The position numbers were made by a program, and so were the translations under genes. From Botryllus schlosseri (taxonomy: Eukaryota), in NCBI GenBank assembly GCA_051294905.1, contig CM119372.1, forward strand, positions 27,406,001-27,470,000: a stretch of 64,000 bases of DNA, in the 5' to 3' direction. Below are positions 40,301 to 52,756 of this stretch, one piece after another; position 1 is the stretch's first letter, and every line of letters starts with the position of its first letter. The notes beneath the pieces were generated by a model. The model saw only the letters and a list, made by a program, of their open reading frames with translations. It had not been told where the DNA came from and ran no database searches.

Positions 40301-41914
40301 TTGGTTGAGCTTTACATCATCAAGCTGTCATCTGTAAATCGAGATCACATCCGACTTGTAACTGTATCGTTTACCTAACCGAGTTGTATGCACAGTTTGA
40401 TATTTTTCTCATTTAGTGATTGCTGAACATACCAAACGATACACATTCACTTCCGAAATACTGCGTTGATCTCAATTCCCTTTGTCCTGATAATCGAAGT
40501 ACTTTTGTTTTGAATTCATAACAATAGGCTTTTCTACGACATGATAAATTATTGACAAGTTCTGCTTAGAAGATTGGTTGCATATCACGAAAAATAAGAT
40601 ACCACACATATTATTACTGTTACTCCATTCATCGGTATTTTTTCCGTTGTCGATTTTCAAACGAGTAAAATTTATTACTTGAGTTGCTCTGCTTACTATA
40701 TTTAAATGTAAACTCGCCCGTCTTTCAACAACAAACAATGTTAAAAAAGTATGCAATCAAACACAACAAGTTTTACGATACTAATTATTATCCCACATAA
40801 CCCATTTCTTACCGAAGACATATGAAATATAATCATGTTACACGAAAATATTCGCTCATGCTACAAACCTGTACAATGATTGGTGGTGCTTTCAAACTGT
40901 TTCGATACCTCAAGAACTTTATTGTCTGAATGGTTGTTCATGTATCGTAATAATCAAGTAGTTCAACACAGAACTAGTATTAACAGAAACACCAGAGTTG
41001 TTTACACAAAAGTTTGTATGTGTACAGTATGCGAATACCATGTGTAAGTCCAGCACAATTGTGGTATCCATACGAGTTTAGTTAACACAATTTACGACAC
41101 CGAGGTCGCCTCATCTTTCGTAAGACAACAAACCAAGGCTTCAGGATATGTCCATGTCATAACAATAAATCAGCTACTCCAACAACAGAGTACATATGTT
41201 TTCTAGTTACGGTGCTTACATCTTACACACAAATCGACCTACTTTGCTAACGAAAAGCGCTGAGTCATCACAACAATACAACTAAAACATACTATCATAC
41301 AAATTGGTCGTTATAGTTTGCCCACCAACGATACATCGTACAAGTAGCAAGTCTCGAGAATCCAGTTATTCAAAAAAAAAAACGTGAAAGTGTTTCTACA
41401 CCAAGTCGGTATGTTGACGAAAGCATATATTGTAATATCATGATCGATTTACATTCGTTGGTCACAAAATGTCACTACTCTAAATAATTATTTTTCACTC
41501 AAAGCCTACTTGTCACCATTCGTTTCATCAAGCACGAGTTCAAGAAACCTGCTACGACATGAATTGTTATTTTTATGTTGTGTAAATAGGTAATAATTAA
41601 TTTTAGTAACACTATATCAACATCATCGAGTTGTGCGAATAGATTTACATGTGGTCTCGTGGTTTTAATCGAAGTATACAGCGCGGTCTAATGTAGAGTC
41701 ATCTCTATTGTACAACAACTCGGTAATCGAAATGCATTAAAATTTAAACAACAATCTTGGTTCGTCGCACCAAAAATATGTTTACTATCACGATACTCTA
41801 CACAGGTCGTGTAAATTCTTTTCACACTCGTAATAGTATACCAACAGCTACCGGTGACAACGTTTAACAATACCAACGACACTAAAAAAACGACACCTAC
41901 CCAAATAAAATTAC

Positions 41915-42590
41915 CATTTTCACCTGGAGATCGGTCGTTACCCGAGTAGAAATACCATTGTCCTTTGGAGATTTATCGTTTACCCAGTGTAACAAACCCC
42001 TTATCCTTTGGAAATCTATTTTTTCTCTGGGTAACAAACCTTTTTCACTTGGAAATATATTTTTCTCTGGTTAACAAACCTTTTTCACTTGGAAATATAT
42101 TTTTTCTCTGGTTAACAAACCTTTTTCACTTGGAAATATATGTTTTCCCTCAACAACAAACGTTTTTCACTTGGAAATATATTTTTTCCCTGGGTAACAA
42201 TCTTTTTTCACTTGGAAATCTATTTTTTCCCCGGGTAACAATCCTTTTTCACTTGGAAATCTATTTTTTTCCCTGGGTAACAAACCTTTTTCGCTTGGAA
42301 ATATATTTTTTCCTTGAGCAACAGACCATTTTTACTTGGAAATATATTTTTTCCTTGAGCAACAGACCATTTTCACTTGGAAATATATTTTTTCCCTGAG
42401 CAACAAACCATTTCACTCGGCGGGTCGTCGTTTACCTGAGTAAAATATCATTTTTCTTTGGAGATCTGGCGTTTACCCATTGTAACAATACATTTTCACT
42501 TGGAAATCTGTCGTTTACCTGAGTACCAATACCGTTTTCACTTGGAAATCTATCTTTTCCCTGGGTAACAATACCCTTTTCGTTTTGAAA
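41915..42590 (+). repeat. 40-41-bp minisatellite in the left arm
   Basis: About 15 units of the form AAACCTTTTTCACTTGGAAATATATTTTTTCYCTGGGTAAC. Confidence 0.9.
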
Positions 42591-43894
42591 ACTGACAACC
42601 ACACTGGTCAATTTGATATTTTTTTGTATATTGTTACAACAGACAGCGACAAAATATACACCAACAACGACTCCGATACATTTGTCTAATAAAATATATT
42701 CACTTGCTCTGATGCATCCCATCAAAATCATTGGTTACTCACATACAATAACAATGTGCTGTTGTACATCGACATGTATGTTTTCGGAATTGGCGAATAA
42801 AGGGGTTTCCGATATGTCCGTGATGTCCGGGTTTGTGCTTTGGATTTTCCAGAGTCAAAATGTCTGAATAAAACACCTCCTCGACTTTGGTAACTGGTTG
42901 ATACACGGATATTGGTGTTCGGAAAACGGATGAATTTATGTTCCCCATCGCGCTGACAACATCGGGTTACTTGTGAGTTTCCTCGGGTCTGTTTACTATA
43001 TTGTGTCTTTACTGGTCAATACATGTCGCTCCAGTCAGCTGAAACCGGATCACCAATATGAGAAAGTGTGGGGGCCTGATCCGGATATTCACTCATGAAC
43101 CAACGACCAATATTCAAGTAAACATGTTACAGACCGTGTTTTGTCTCCATGAAAAATACCAATGCATACACCATCACATACAAGTAACGTCACGATTGTT
43201 CACAAGTATTCGCGTAAACGAGGTGTACATACAATGTGTCGGTGTACAAACATCATGGAAAACAAATTCATGTTCTCAAGTCTCATCATGCGACGACTCT
43301 GTACATTCAATGTGGGCATAGATGACTTGGGGACAGACAAGCAGCTATATTTGGACGTAACACGATCTTAGTATGAACCGCCTTCACCCAACTTGTGAAA
43401 AATGCATCTCACACGAGTACAACCCTTTCACGGGTTCACACCTTGATTTTACAAGATTGTTCGGATTCTCAGGTAGACTTGCATCGTGATCCAGACCTCG
43501 ACATATAGTAAAATCGGGTTGCGTAACTCGCTCAATCCCCGCGTATTGTTGGTCATAACCTGTGAACTTTTTTGCTGAGACTGCAGTGTTTCACCTGGCA
43601 TAATGTATTTGGCGATCACCCTCGTTATCAGTCTTTCACGCGATGAATATGTCAGATGTCGCTACTCCCACATAACGACTACAGATAAACATCGTGAGCA
43701 GTGACTCTGGATTGAAATCGTAAACAGGGATTATGTGTGTGTGTGAAGCTCGAGTTCGATTACGATTAGATAATGTAATCCAAGGTGTGTCTCTGTGAGT
43801 TGAAGTCTTATTTCGTGTTAATCACACCGCAAGAGGGTGCTATCTCGTAATTCTACAGGTCAACATAAACCGCGAATGGAAACTTTTGGTCTAG

Positions 43895-44254
43895 TTGATC
43901 CAGCTACCTATTGAAACGTTGTACCCACACAGACCATTGAGAAAACGTTATCGCTACCTGACCATATACACGAACATGGAAGGACTACGCGTAACTGTCC
44001 ATAGATTCCTCTGGCCTCACACCGTTGTTTTACGACACAGACAAGACGCAGCGGTGGAAATATTGAAAATAAAAAACGATACCTTGGTGACATTTGATTT
44101 GGATTTTACACCTGATGAACCATACACTCGATTGGTACATTGGGACGACAACTCTATCGTCGAGGTCGAGGGAAAAGAAATGTACAGATTTGTTGGTGTT
44201 GTGGATATTCGGCGTAAATCGGGATGCATGATAGTACATGGTTCGCATATTTGA
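43895..44254 (+). CDS. Orphan ORF in the palindrome spacer (119 codons from TTG, first ATG at 43976)
   Basis: Longest ORF wholly inside the unique spacer, globular-looking composition, no family recognised. Confidence 0.3.
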   Translation: MIQLPIETLYPHRPLRKRYRYLTIYTNMEGLRVTVHRFLWPHTVVLRHRQDAAVEILKIKNDTLVTFDLDFTPDEPYTRLVHWDDNSIVEVEGKEMYRFVGVVDIRRKSGCMIVHGSHI

Positions 44255-45041
44255 CTGAGAATATATCGGTATGCATAGTGCGCTGTCCATTGTATCATGC
44301 CGTGTGTCATCTATGCCCACATTGAATGTACAGAGTCGTCGCATGATGAGACTTGAGAACATGAATTTGTTTTCCATGATGTTTGTACACCGACACATTG
44401 TATGTACACCTCGTTTACGCGAATACTTGTGAACAATCGTGACGTTACTTGTATGTGATGGTGTATGCATTGGTATTTTTCATGGAGACAAAACACGGTC
44501 TGTAACATGTTTACTTGAATATTGGTCGTTGGTTCATGAGTGAATATCCGGATCAGGCCCCCACACTTTCTCATATTGGTGATCCGGTTTCAGCTGACTG
44601 GAGCGACATGTATTGACCAGTAAAGACACAATATAGTAAACAGACCCGAGGAAACTCACAAGTAACCCGATGTTGTCAGCGCGATGGGGAACATAAATTC
44701 ATCCGTTTTCCGAACACCATTATCCGTGTATCAACCAGTTACCAAAGTCGAGGAGGTGTTTTATTCAGACATTTTGACTCTGGAAAATCCAAAGCACAAA
44801 CCCGGACATCACGGACATATCGGAAACCCCTTTATTCGCCAATTCCGAAAACATACATGTCGATGTACAACAGCACATTGTTATTGTATGTGAGTAACCA
44901 ATGATTTTGATGGGATGCATCAGAGCAAGTGAATATATTTTATTAGACAAATGTATCGGAGTCGTTGTTGGTGTATATTTTGTCGCTGTCTGTTGTAACA
45001 ATATACAAAAAAATATCAAATTGACCAGTGTGGTTGTCAGT

Positions 45042-45717
45042 TTTCAAAACGAAAAGGGTATTGTTACCCAGGGAAAAGATAGATTTCCAAGTGAAAACGG
45101 TATTGGTACTCAGGTAAACGACAGATTTCCAAGTGAAAATGTATTGTTACAATGGGTAAACGCCAGATCTCCAAAGAAAAATGATATTTTACTCAGGTAA
45201 ACGACGACCCGCCGAGTGAAATGGTTTGTTGCTCAGGGAAAAAATATATTTCCAAGTGAAAATGGTCTGTTGCTCAAGGAAAAAATATATTTCCAAGTAA
45301 AAATGGTCTGTTGCTCAAGGAAAAAATATATTTCCAAGCGAAAAAGGTTTGTTACCCAGGGAAAAAAATAGATTTCCAAGTGAAAAAGGATTGTTACCCG
45401 GGGAAAAAATAGATTTCCAAGTGAAAAAAGATTGTTACCCAGGGAAAAAATATATTTCCAAGTGAAAAACGTTTGTTGTTGAGGGAAAACATATATTTCC
45501 AAGTGAAAAAGGTTTGTTAACCAGAGAAAAAATATATTTCCAAGTGAAAAAGGTTTGTTAACCAGAGAAAAATATATTTCCAAGTGAAAAAGGTTTGTTA
45601 CCCAGAGAAAAAATAGATTTCCAAAGGATAAGGGGTTTGTTACACTGGGTAAACGATAAATCTCCAAAGGACAATGGTATTTCTACTCGGGTAACGACCG
45701 ATCTCCAGGTGAAAATG
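45042..45717 (-). repeat. Mirror copy of the 40-41-bp minisatellite in the right arm
   Basis: Reverse complement of 41915-42590. Confidence 0.9.
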
Positions 45718-48456
45718 GTAATTTTATTTGGGTAGGTGTCGTTTTTTTAGTGTCGTTGGTATTGTTAAACGTTGTCACCGGTAGCTGTTGGTATACTATT
45801 ACGAGTGTGAAAAGAATTTACACGACCTGTGTAGAGTATCGTGATAGTAAACATATTTTTGGTGCGACGAACCAAGATTGTTGTTTAAATTTTAATGCAT
45901 TTCGATTACCGAGTTGTTGTACAATAGAGATGACTCTACATTAGACCGCGCTGTATACTTCGATTAAAACCACGAGACCACATGTAAATCTATTCGCACA
46001 ACTCGATGATGTTGATATAGTGTTACTAAAATTAATTATTACCTATTTACACAACATAAAAATAACAATTCATGTCGTAGCAGGTTTCTTGAACTCGTGC
46101 TTGATGAAACGAATGGTGACAAGTAGGCTTTGAGTGAAAAATAATTATTTAGAGTAGTGACATTTTGTGACCAACGAATGTAAATCGATCATGATATTAC
46201 AATATATGCTTTCGTCAACATACCGACTTGGTGTAGAAACACTTTCACGTTTTTTTTTTTGAATAACTGGATTCTCGAGACTTGCTACTTGTACGATGTA
46301 TCGTTGGTGGGCAAACTATAACGACCAATTTGTATGATAGTATGTTTTAGTTGTATTGTTGTGATGACTCAGCGCTTTTCGTTAGCAAAGTAGGTCGATT
46401 TGTGTGTAAGATGTAAGCACCGTAACTAGAAAACATATGTACTCTGTTGTTGGAGTAGCTGATTTATTGTTATGACATGGACATATCCTGAAGCCTTGGT
46501 TTGTTGTCTTACGAAAGATGAGGCGACCTCGGTGTCGTAAATTGTGTTAACTAAACTCGTATGGATACCACAATTGTGCTGGACTTACACATGGTATTCG
46601 CATACTGTACACATACAAACTTTTGTGTAAACAACTCTGGTGTTTCTGTTAATACTAGTTCTGTGTTGAACTACTTGATTATTACGATACATGAACAACC
46701 ATTCAGACAATAAAGTTCTTGAGGTATCGAAACAGTTTGAAAGCACCACCAATCATTGTACAGGTTTGTAGCATGAGCGAATATTTTCGTGTAACATGAT
46801 TATATTTCATATGTCTTCGGTAAGAAATGGGTTATGTGGGATAATAATTAGTATCGTAAAACTTGTTGTGTTTGATTGCATACTTTTTTAACATTGTTTG
46901 TTGTTGAAAGACGGGCGAGTTTACATTTAAATATAGTAAGCAGAGCAACTCAAGTAATAAATTTTACTCGTTTGAAAATCGACAACGGAAAAAATACCGA
47001 TGAATGGAGTAACAGTAATAATATGTGTGGTATCTTATTTTTCGTGATATGCAACCAATCTTCTAAGCAGAACTTGTCAATAATTTATCATGTCGTAGAA
47101 AAGCCTATTGTTATGAATTCAAAACAAAAGTACTTCGATTATCAGGACAAAGGGAATTGAGATCAACGCAGTATTTCGGAAGTGAATGTGTATCGTTTGG
47201 TATGTTCAGCAATCACTAAATGAGAAAAATATCAAACTGTGCATACAACTCGGTTAGGTAAACGATACAGTTACAAGTCGGATGTGATCTCGATTTACAG
47301 ATGACAGCTTGATGATGTAAAGCTCAACCAATCCAGTGTGTGTGTTTATTGCAAAGTATTTGCCACAGACAAAATATTGAACGAAGACCCACCGCTTGGT
47401 TTCATTACAAGGTGAGTGAAAATTGTTTTCTGTTGGTCAGGTATGATTTGCATTTAGAAAAACGCTCTACGCCGATTAAGCGACGCTGTTTCATATCCGA
47501 TGACTGAGTGAAATTTCCCTATGGTTTGATTTAGCGAGTTAATTACCGGCGATTCAATCACATACAAGTAAGATCTTTGACGGGATGAGTATTGTGACAA
47601 CATATACTTTGACGAATGACAATGGGGAGAAATTCCCGATTTCTTTGGTCGTGAGCGTTCTACAAATATTTCCGGCATACATTTAGCAAGCAACCTACAA
47701 TATTCTTTTGTTATGGTAATGACTTTCACAAGTTTGGTTTTATGATTACAATTACTTATTTAAATGATAATTTATGATCACTACTTTGAGTAACAATACA
47801 AACACATTTTGTAGATTTCAGTGTAGCGCCTATTGCGATTTTGTTAATGCTATGAGTTTTGTGTATTACTCAAGTCTAGTAGAATAGGATGCGTCCAATA
47901 AAAATATTCCAAACGAAATTGTTGTGTCGTCTTTAGTCTTGGTTACTGGAAACAACTACATTTGTAAAAATATTTTCTGATATCCGTAATACACAGAGTG
48001 ATTTGTACCAACACGGAATATCTTTCAAACCAAGAACATTTCAGACAAGTATAGTTTTACAAATCAATATGTTGATAACCACGGTGGTGAAAAGTTTGTT
48101 GTTGTCATAATAACCTTTACCGCAACACCGGGTCTAATTAACGCGAATAATTTAATAATCAAGTCATGATCAACTATTACATATGTCAAATCCATGTGTC
48201 AATCCTTATGTTTACAGCATGATAACTTTCAATGTAATACCGGTGTTCGGTCGTAAGAAATGAATTCTTAACTACGTTGGTCAGACATTCAAATATCATA
48301 TACTCAAAACATATGTTAATCTCAAGTCGCTGACACCGAGAAGTAATTACTTTTGTCTTACAAAATATACCACATAGTAATTTTTTTTTGTCTAGCAGAG
48401 TAGTAACGACTTTTACAGTTGAATAAAAATACGAGTTGGTGGACTATGAATACAAC

Positions 48457-51431
48457 CGAACTTGCTATGGATTTTGGATTGTGGTGATTACTGGCGTAGT
48501 CTTGTCTACTTTTCATAAGGATACTTTTTGCTTTGGTTGGGTAAGTTACAAACGGATTGACTTGACAAGGTTTTTTGTATTTTACTCTTTTGTTTATGGG
48601 AAGATGGTAAAATGTTGAGACGTAATACTATTTCCGTTCACTCGATTACAAAAAAAAAAAACCTGATAGCTTGTTCAAGGTTTCGAAAAATAGATTGAAA
48701 TATTCCGATTTAACTCATCGCGTCACAAGTCGATCGCGGTATGCATAAGTGGTTGTCAAGTTAGAAATATTTACAACAGGTGCTATTTCATTGATTGATT
48801 CGATTGTGCGTAGTAACACATTAAAATATCGCGATAGTATTTACTGAAACTGATAAACGGAAAACTCAGTCGTGAATAGAGTTGTAAGTTTCAAGGATTG
48901 TTTCAAAGTGTAATCTTGAAATGTGACTGGATCAAAGTTGGTAGTCATGTTTGTCAAAGTCCAAATATTTCATTTTGGATTATCTGGATTTACCTTTAGT
49001 ACATCCCGCGAATGGATTCCGATGCGGTACTTTAACATTTTTGATAATAATGACTCAAGGATTTTCAATCAACAATACTGGAATTTTTTGGTAATGCTAG
49101 AGTTGCCAAATGATTAGTTGCGTGTTTTTGTTAAGAGTTTGATTTCATGTTGATAAAGACAATAACTGTATAATGCACATACTTGTGATTCTTGATTCTT
49201 GTAGAGTTATAGTTGGTATTGATTCTATAGCTATGAAAACGACGGCGCGGAGTGTGCGAATAATTCGATGTGACTGAAAGTCGGTGTCAGTAATATTCAG
49301 GTTGCAGTCGAATCAAAAGATCACGAAAAGATTTCTCAAAATAATTAGAATTGTACCGAATTAACACATTCAGATACGAATCAACTTGAACTGTGTAGTG
49401 AGTTTCATTTCGAGTTGACAAATTGACGCATTGATTGAATATTCTCATGATTTGTATCACGCAACTAAAGTCAACCACTCTTCTGAAGTGTCAAAACATA
49501 TAGCGATCGCGGGCAAGTGACAAATTGCTGGTTTTGAATCACACCGTCTGCGACGGTTCTGTGACAAACTAATTACCGAAATATTACCTTGTGAGCGGGC
49601 ATGAGAGAGTGCTATGTCTGCAGCATTATCCGGTGAGTGGTCGTTGGATTTTGAAATTATATCACAACCTTTTGAATAAGCGTTCACTTCACAAAGGATT
49701 AGGCTTAGAGCGGAAATAAGTGACGATTTGTCGCTATTCAAGTTACCGACACTGGCGGTCTGTTATTCGTTACTTATTAAATCTTATGAGTGAAATCAAG
49801 TTCTGCGACAAACTGATTACTAAAATTTCACCGCGTGAGCGAGCCAACACGAGTTTCCAATACGACATGCGAGAGATACCTATACTTGAAAGTACGACGT
49901 GCGAGCGCACCCATAAGAACACATGGCGAATCACCACCTCAGCCCGAACTTGCTATGGATTTTGGATTGTGGTGATTACTGGCGTAGTCTTGTCTACTTT
50001 TCATAAGGATACTTTTTGCTTTGGTTGGGTAAGTTACAAACGGATTGACTTGACAAGGTTTTTTGTATTTTACTCTTTTGTTTATGGGAAGATGGTAAAA
50101 TGTTGAGACGTAATACTATTTCCGTTCACTCGATTACAAAAAAAAAAACCTGATAGCTTGTTCAAGGTTTCGAAAAATAGATTGAAATATTCCGATTTAA
50201 CTCATCGCGTCACAAGTCGATCGCGGTATGCATAAGTGGTTGTCAAGTTAGAAATATTTACAACAGGTGCTATTTCATTGATTGATTCGATTGTGCGTAG
50301 TAACACATTAAAATATCGCGATAGTATTTACTGAAACTGATAAACGGAAAACTCAGTCGTGAATAGAGTTGTAAGTTTCAAGGATTGTTTCAAAGTGTAA
50401 TCTTGAAATGTGACTGGATCAAAGTTGGTAGTCATGTTTGTCAAAGTCCAAATATTTCATTTTGGATTATCTGGATTTACCTTTAGTACATCCCGCGAAT
50501 GGATTCCGATGCGGTACTTTAACATTTTTGATAATAATGACTCAAGGATTTTCAATCAACAATACTGGAATTTTTTGGTAATGCTAGAGTTGCCAAATGA
50601 TTAGTTGCGTGTTTTTGTTAAGAGTTTGATTTCATGTTGATAAAGACAATAACTGTATAATGCACATACTTGTGATTCTTGATTCTTGTAGAGTTATAGT
50701 TGGTATTGATTCTATAGCTATGAAAACGACGGCGCGGAGTGTGCGAATAATTCGATGTGACTGAAAGTCGGTGTCAGTAATATTCAGGTTGCAGTCGAAT
50801 CAAAAGATCACGAAAAGATTTCTCAAAATAATTAGAATTGTACCGAATTAACACATTCAGATACGAATCAACTTGAACTGTGTAGTGAGTTTCATTTCGA
50901 GTTGACAAATTGACGCATTGATTGAATATTCTCATGATTTGTATCACGCAACTAAAGTCAACCACTCTTCTGAAGTGTCAAAACATATAGCGATCGCGGG
51001 CAAGTGACAAATTGCTGGTTTTGAATCACACCGTCTGCGACGGTTCTGTGACAAACTAATTACCGAAATATTACCTTGTGAGCGGGCATGAGAGAGTGCT
51101 ATGTCTGCAGCATTATCCGGTGAGTGGTCGTTGGATTTTGAAATTATATCACAACCTTTTGAATAAGCGTTCACTTCACAAAGGATTAGGCTTAGAGCGG
51201 AAATAAGTGACGATTTGTCGCTATTCAAGTTACCGACACTGGCGGTCTGTTATTCGTTACTTATTAAATCTTATGAGTGAAATCAAGTTCTGCGACAAAC
51301 TGATTACTAAAATTTCACCGCGTGAGCGAGCCAACACGAGTTTCCAATACGACATGCGAGAGATACCTATACTTGAAAGTACGACGTGCGAGCGCACCCA
51401 TAAGAACACATGGCGAATCACCACCTCAGCC
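48457..51431. repeat. Tandem duplication of about 1,487 bp confined to the right arm
   Basis: Units 48457-49944 and 49945-51431, junction CTCAGCC|CGAACTT. Identical ORFs are offset by 1,487 bp. Confidence 0.92.
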
Positions 51432-52140
51432 TATACCTGTAACGTTATCATGTCACCCGAGTCATTATCTTGTCAGAGATCGCGGGGTTTTGCAAACTAT
51501 TTCACACATTTTTGAAGTGTTAGTTTGTGAACGCGGTTATTGTTGATATTCGAATCGCCGACTACGCCGGCTCTGCGGTAAACTAATTACCAAAATATTA
51601 CCTTGGAAGTGATTCCTAGATTTAGCAAACTATTTCGCACTGACTGGATTAGTGTAATAATCGATAGTAGCACACAGCTGTATGGGCAACAATTCAGCGC
51701 GCAGGTCATTCGAAATATAGGTCGCACTGCTTAATCCTCACAACAAACAGCGTTTCCGTTTGCGCGGTTATTGTTGGTGACTCGTACATATTCAACACCA
51801 CGCGAGAGATGCCTATACTCGAAAGTACGAATCACCGCCACGCCCATAAGAACACATGGTGAATCAGCAGAGACCCTGTAAGAATACATGAAATACGACT
51901 CACCGCCACCACCTATAGCAAAAAAGGCGAGTCACCACCCCGGGTTTTCTGGCGCGTCACCGCCGCAGCCTATAGCCGAAAAGGCGAATCACGACCGCAC
52001 CCATAAGAACACATGGCGCATCACCGCCGCAAGGGGGGTCTAAAAAGGCGCATCACCACCCCCGATTTTCAGGCGCGTCACCACCCCGCCCATAAGAGCC
52101 CCATAGCCCGTCACGAGCGATCGACTATCCTACTCTAGTA

Positions 52141-52756
52141 TGTCATAACCAATCCAAGGTTTCGAAGCACCTTGTATTGCGGTTGACTTTCCTAATTTGG
52201 AAAGATGTATCGAGGGCTACCCGCAGTTCCTCAATAAATATTTGAAAGTGGCGATTGTAGTTGTCAATTGTGAGTGGAGGAATTTTGTAGTTGTTGAAGG
52301 TATTGCTGACAATTTCATATACTCCTCACTACCGCGTGGGTTTAAGGGCGTTCGAGATTCAAATTCTTTAGCACATTGTGGCAGGCCAATTTCATGTGGC
52401 AGATGATGGGATAGTGATCAGTCATACTGTGTTGGAGCACAAAAGGGAACAGGTGATATTGATGAGTGTTGCAGTAGAAGTGATCTAGTAGAGTTTTGGA
52501 TCGGTCAGCTATTCTTGTGGGTTTAGTAATTATCTGAGCTATTCCATAAGAATCAAGCATTTCACGGTACCTTGTGTTGAAGTTGGTGGTCTTCAGCAAA
52601 TCAATATTTATGTCTCCAATAATAAATATTTGTTTTTTAGCTGCCGTTAGCGTTTTCAGTATATTTGAGAATTCGTCAAGAAAAGTATCTTGCTTTGTTC
52701 CTGGGTGTTTGTAGATGACTGCCACCGTGAGAGCTTTTTGTACATTTACTCTGACA
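52141..52756 (-). pseudogene. LINE ORF2 apurinic-endonuclease domain, C-terminal part
   Basis: VIYKHP, IIGDINIDLL, ITKPTRI, TLLDHFY, TDHYPI, then KPWI. Confidence 0.9.

Larger units (their letters stand above)
36981..52134. mobile_element. Giant palindromic non-autonomous Polinton/Maverick-like element (15,154 bp)
   Basis: 6-bp TSD CTAGTA at 36975-36980 and 52135-52140. 5'-AGTAG termini. Arms 36981-43326 and 44306-52134 are near-identical reverse complements around a 979-bp spacer. Confidence 0.8.

Noticed and set aside
41965..42399. 144-aa repetitive ORF, or a CRISPR-like array
   Set aside because: It is a contiguous minisatellite with no unique spacers, no cas genes and a eukaryotic context.
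36981..52134. Palindrome as a pure assembly or fold-back artefact
   Set aside because: Matching TSDs at both outer ends, exact restoration of the LINE frame, a unique spacer and small arm differences argue it is real. Raw-read confirmation is still needed.
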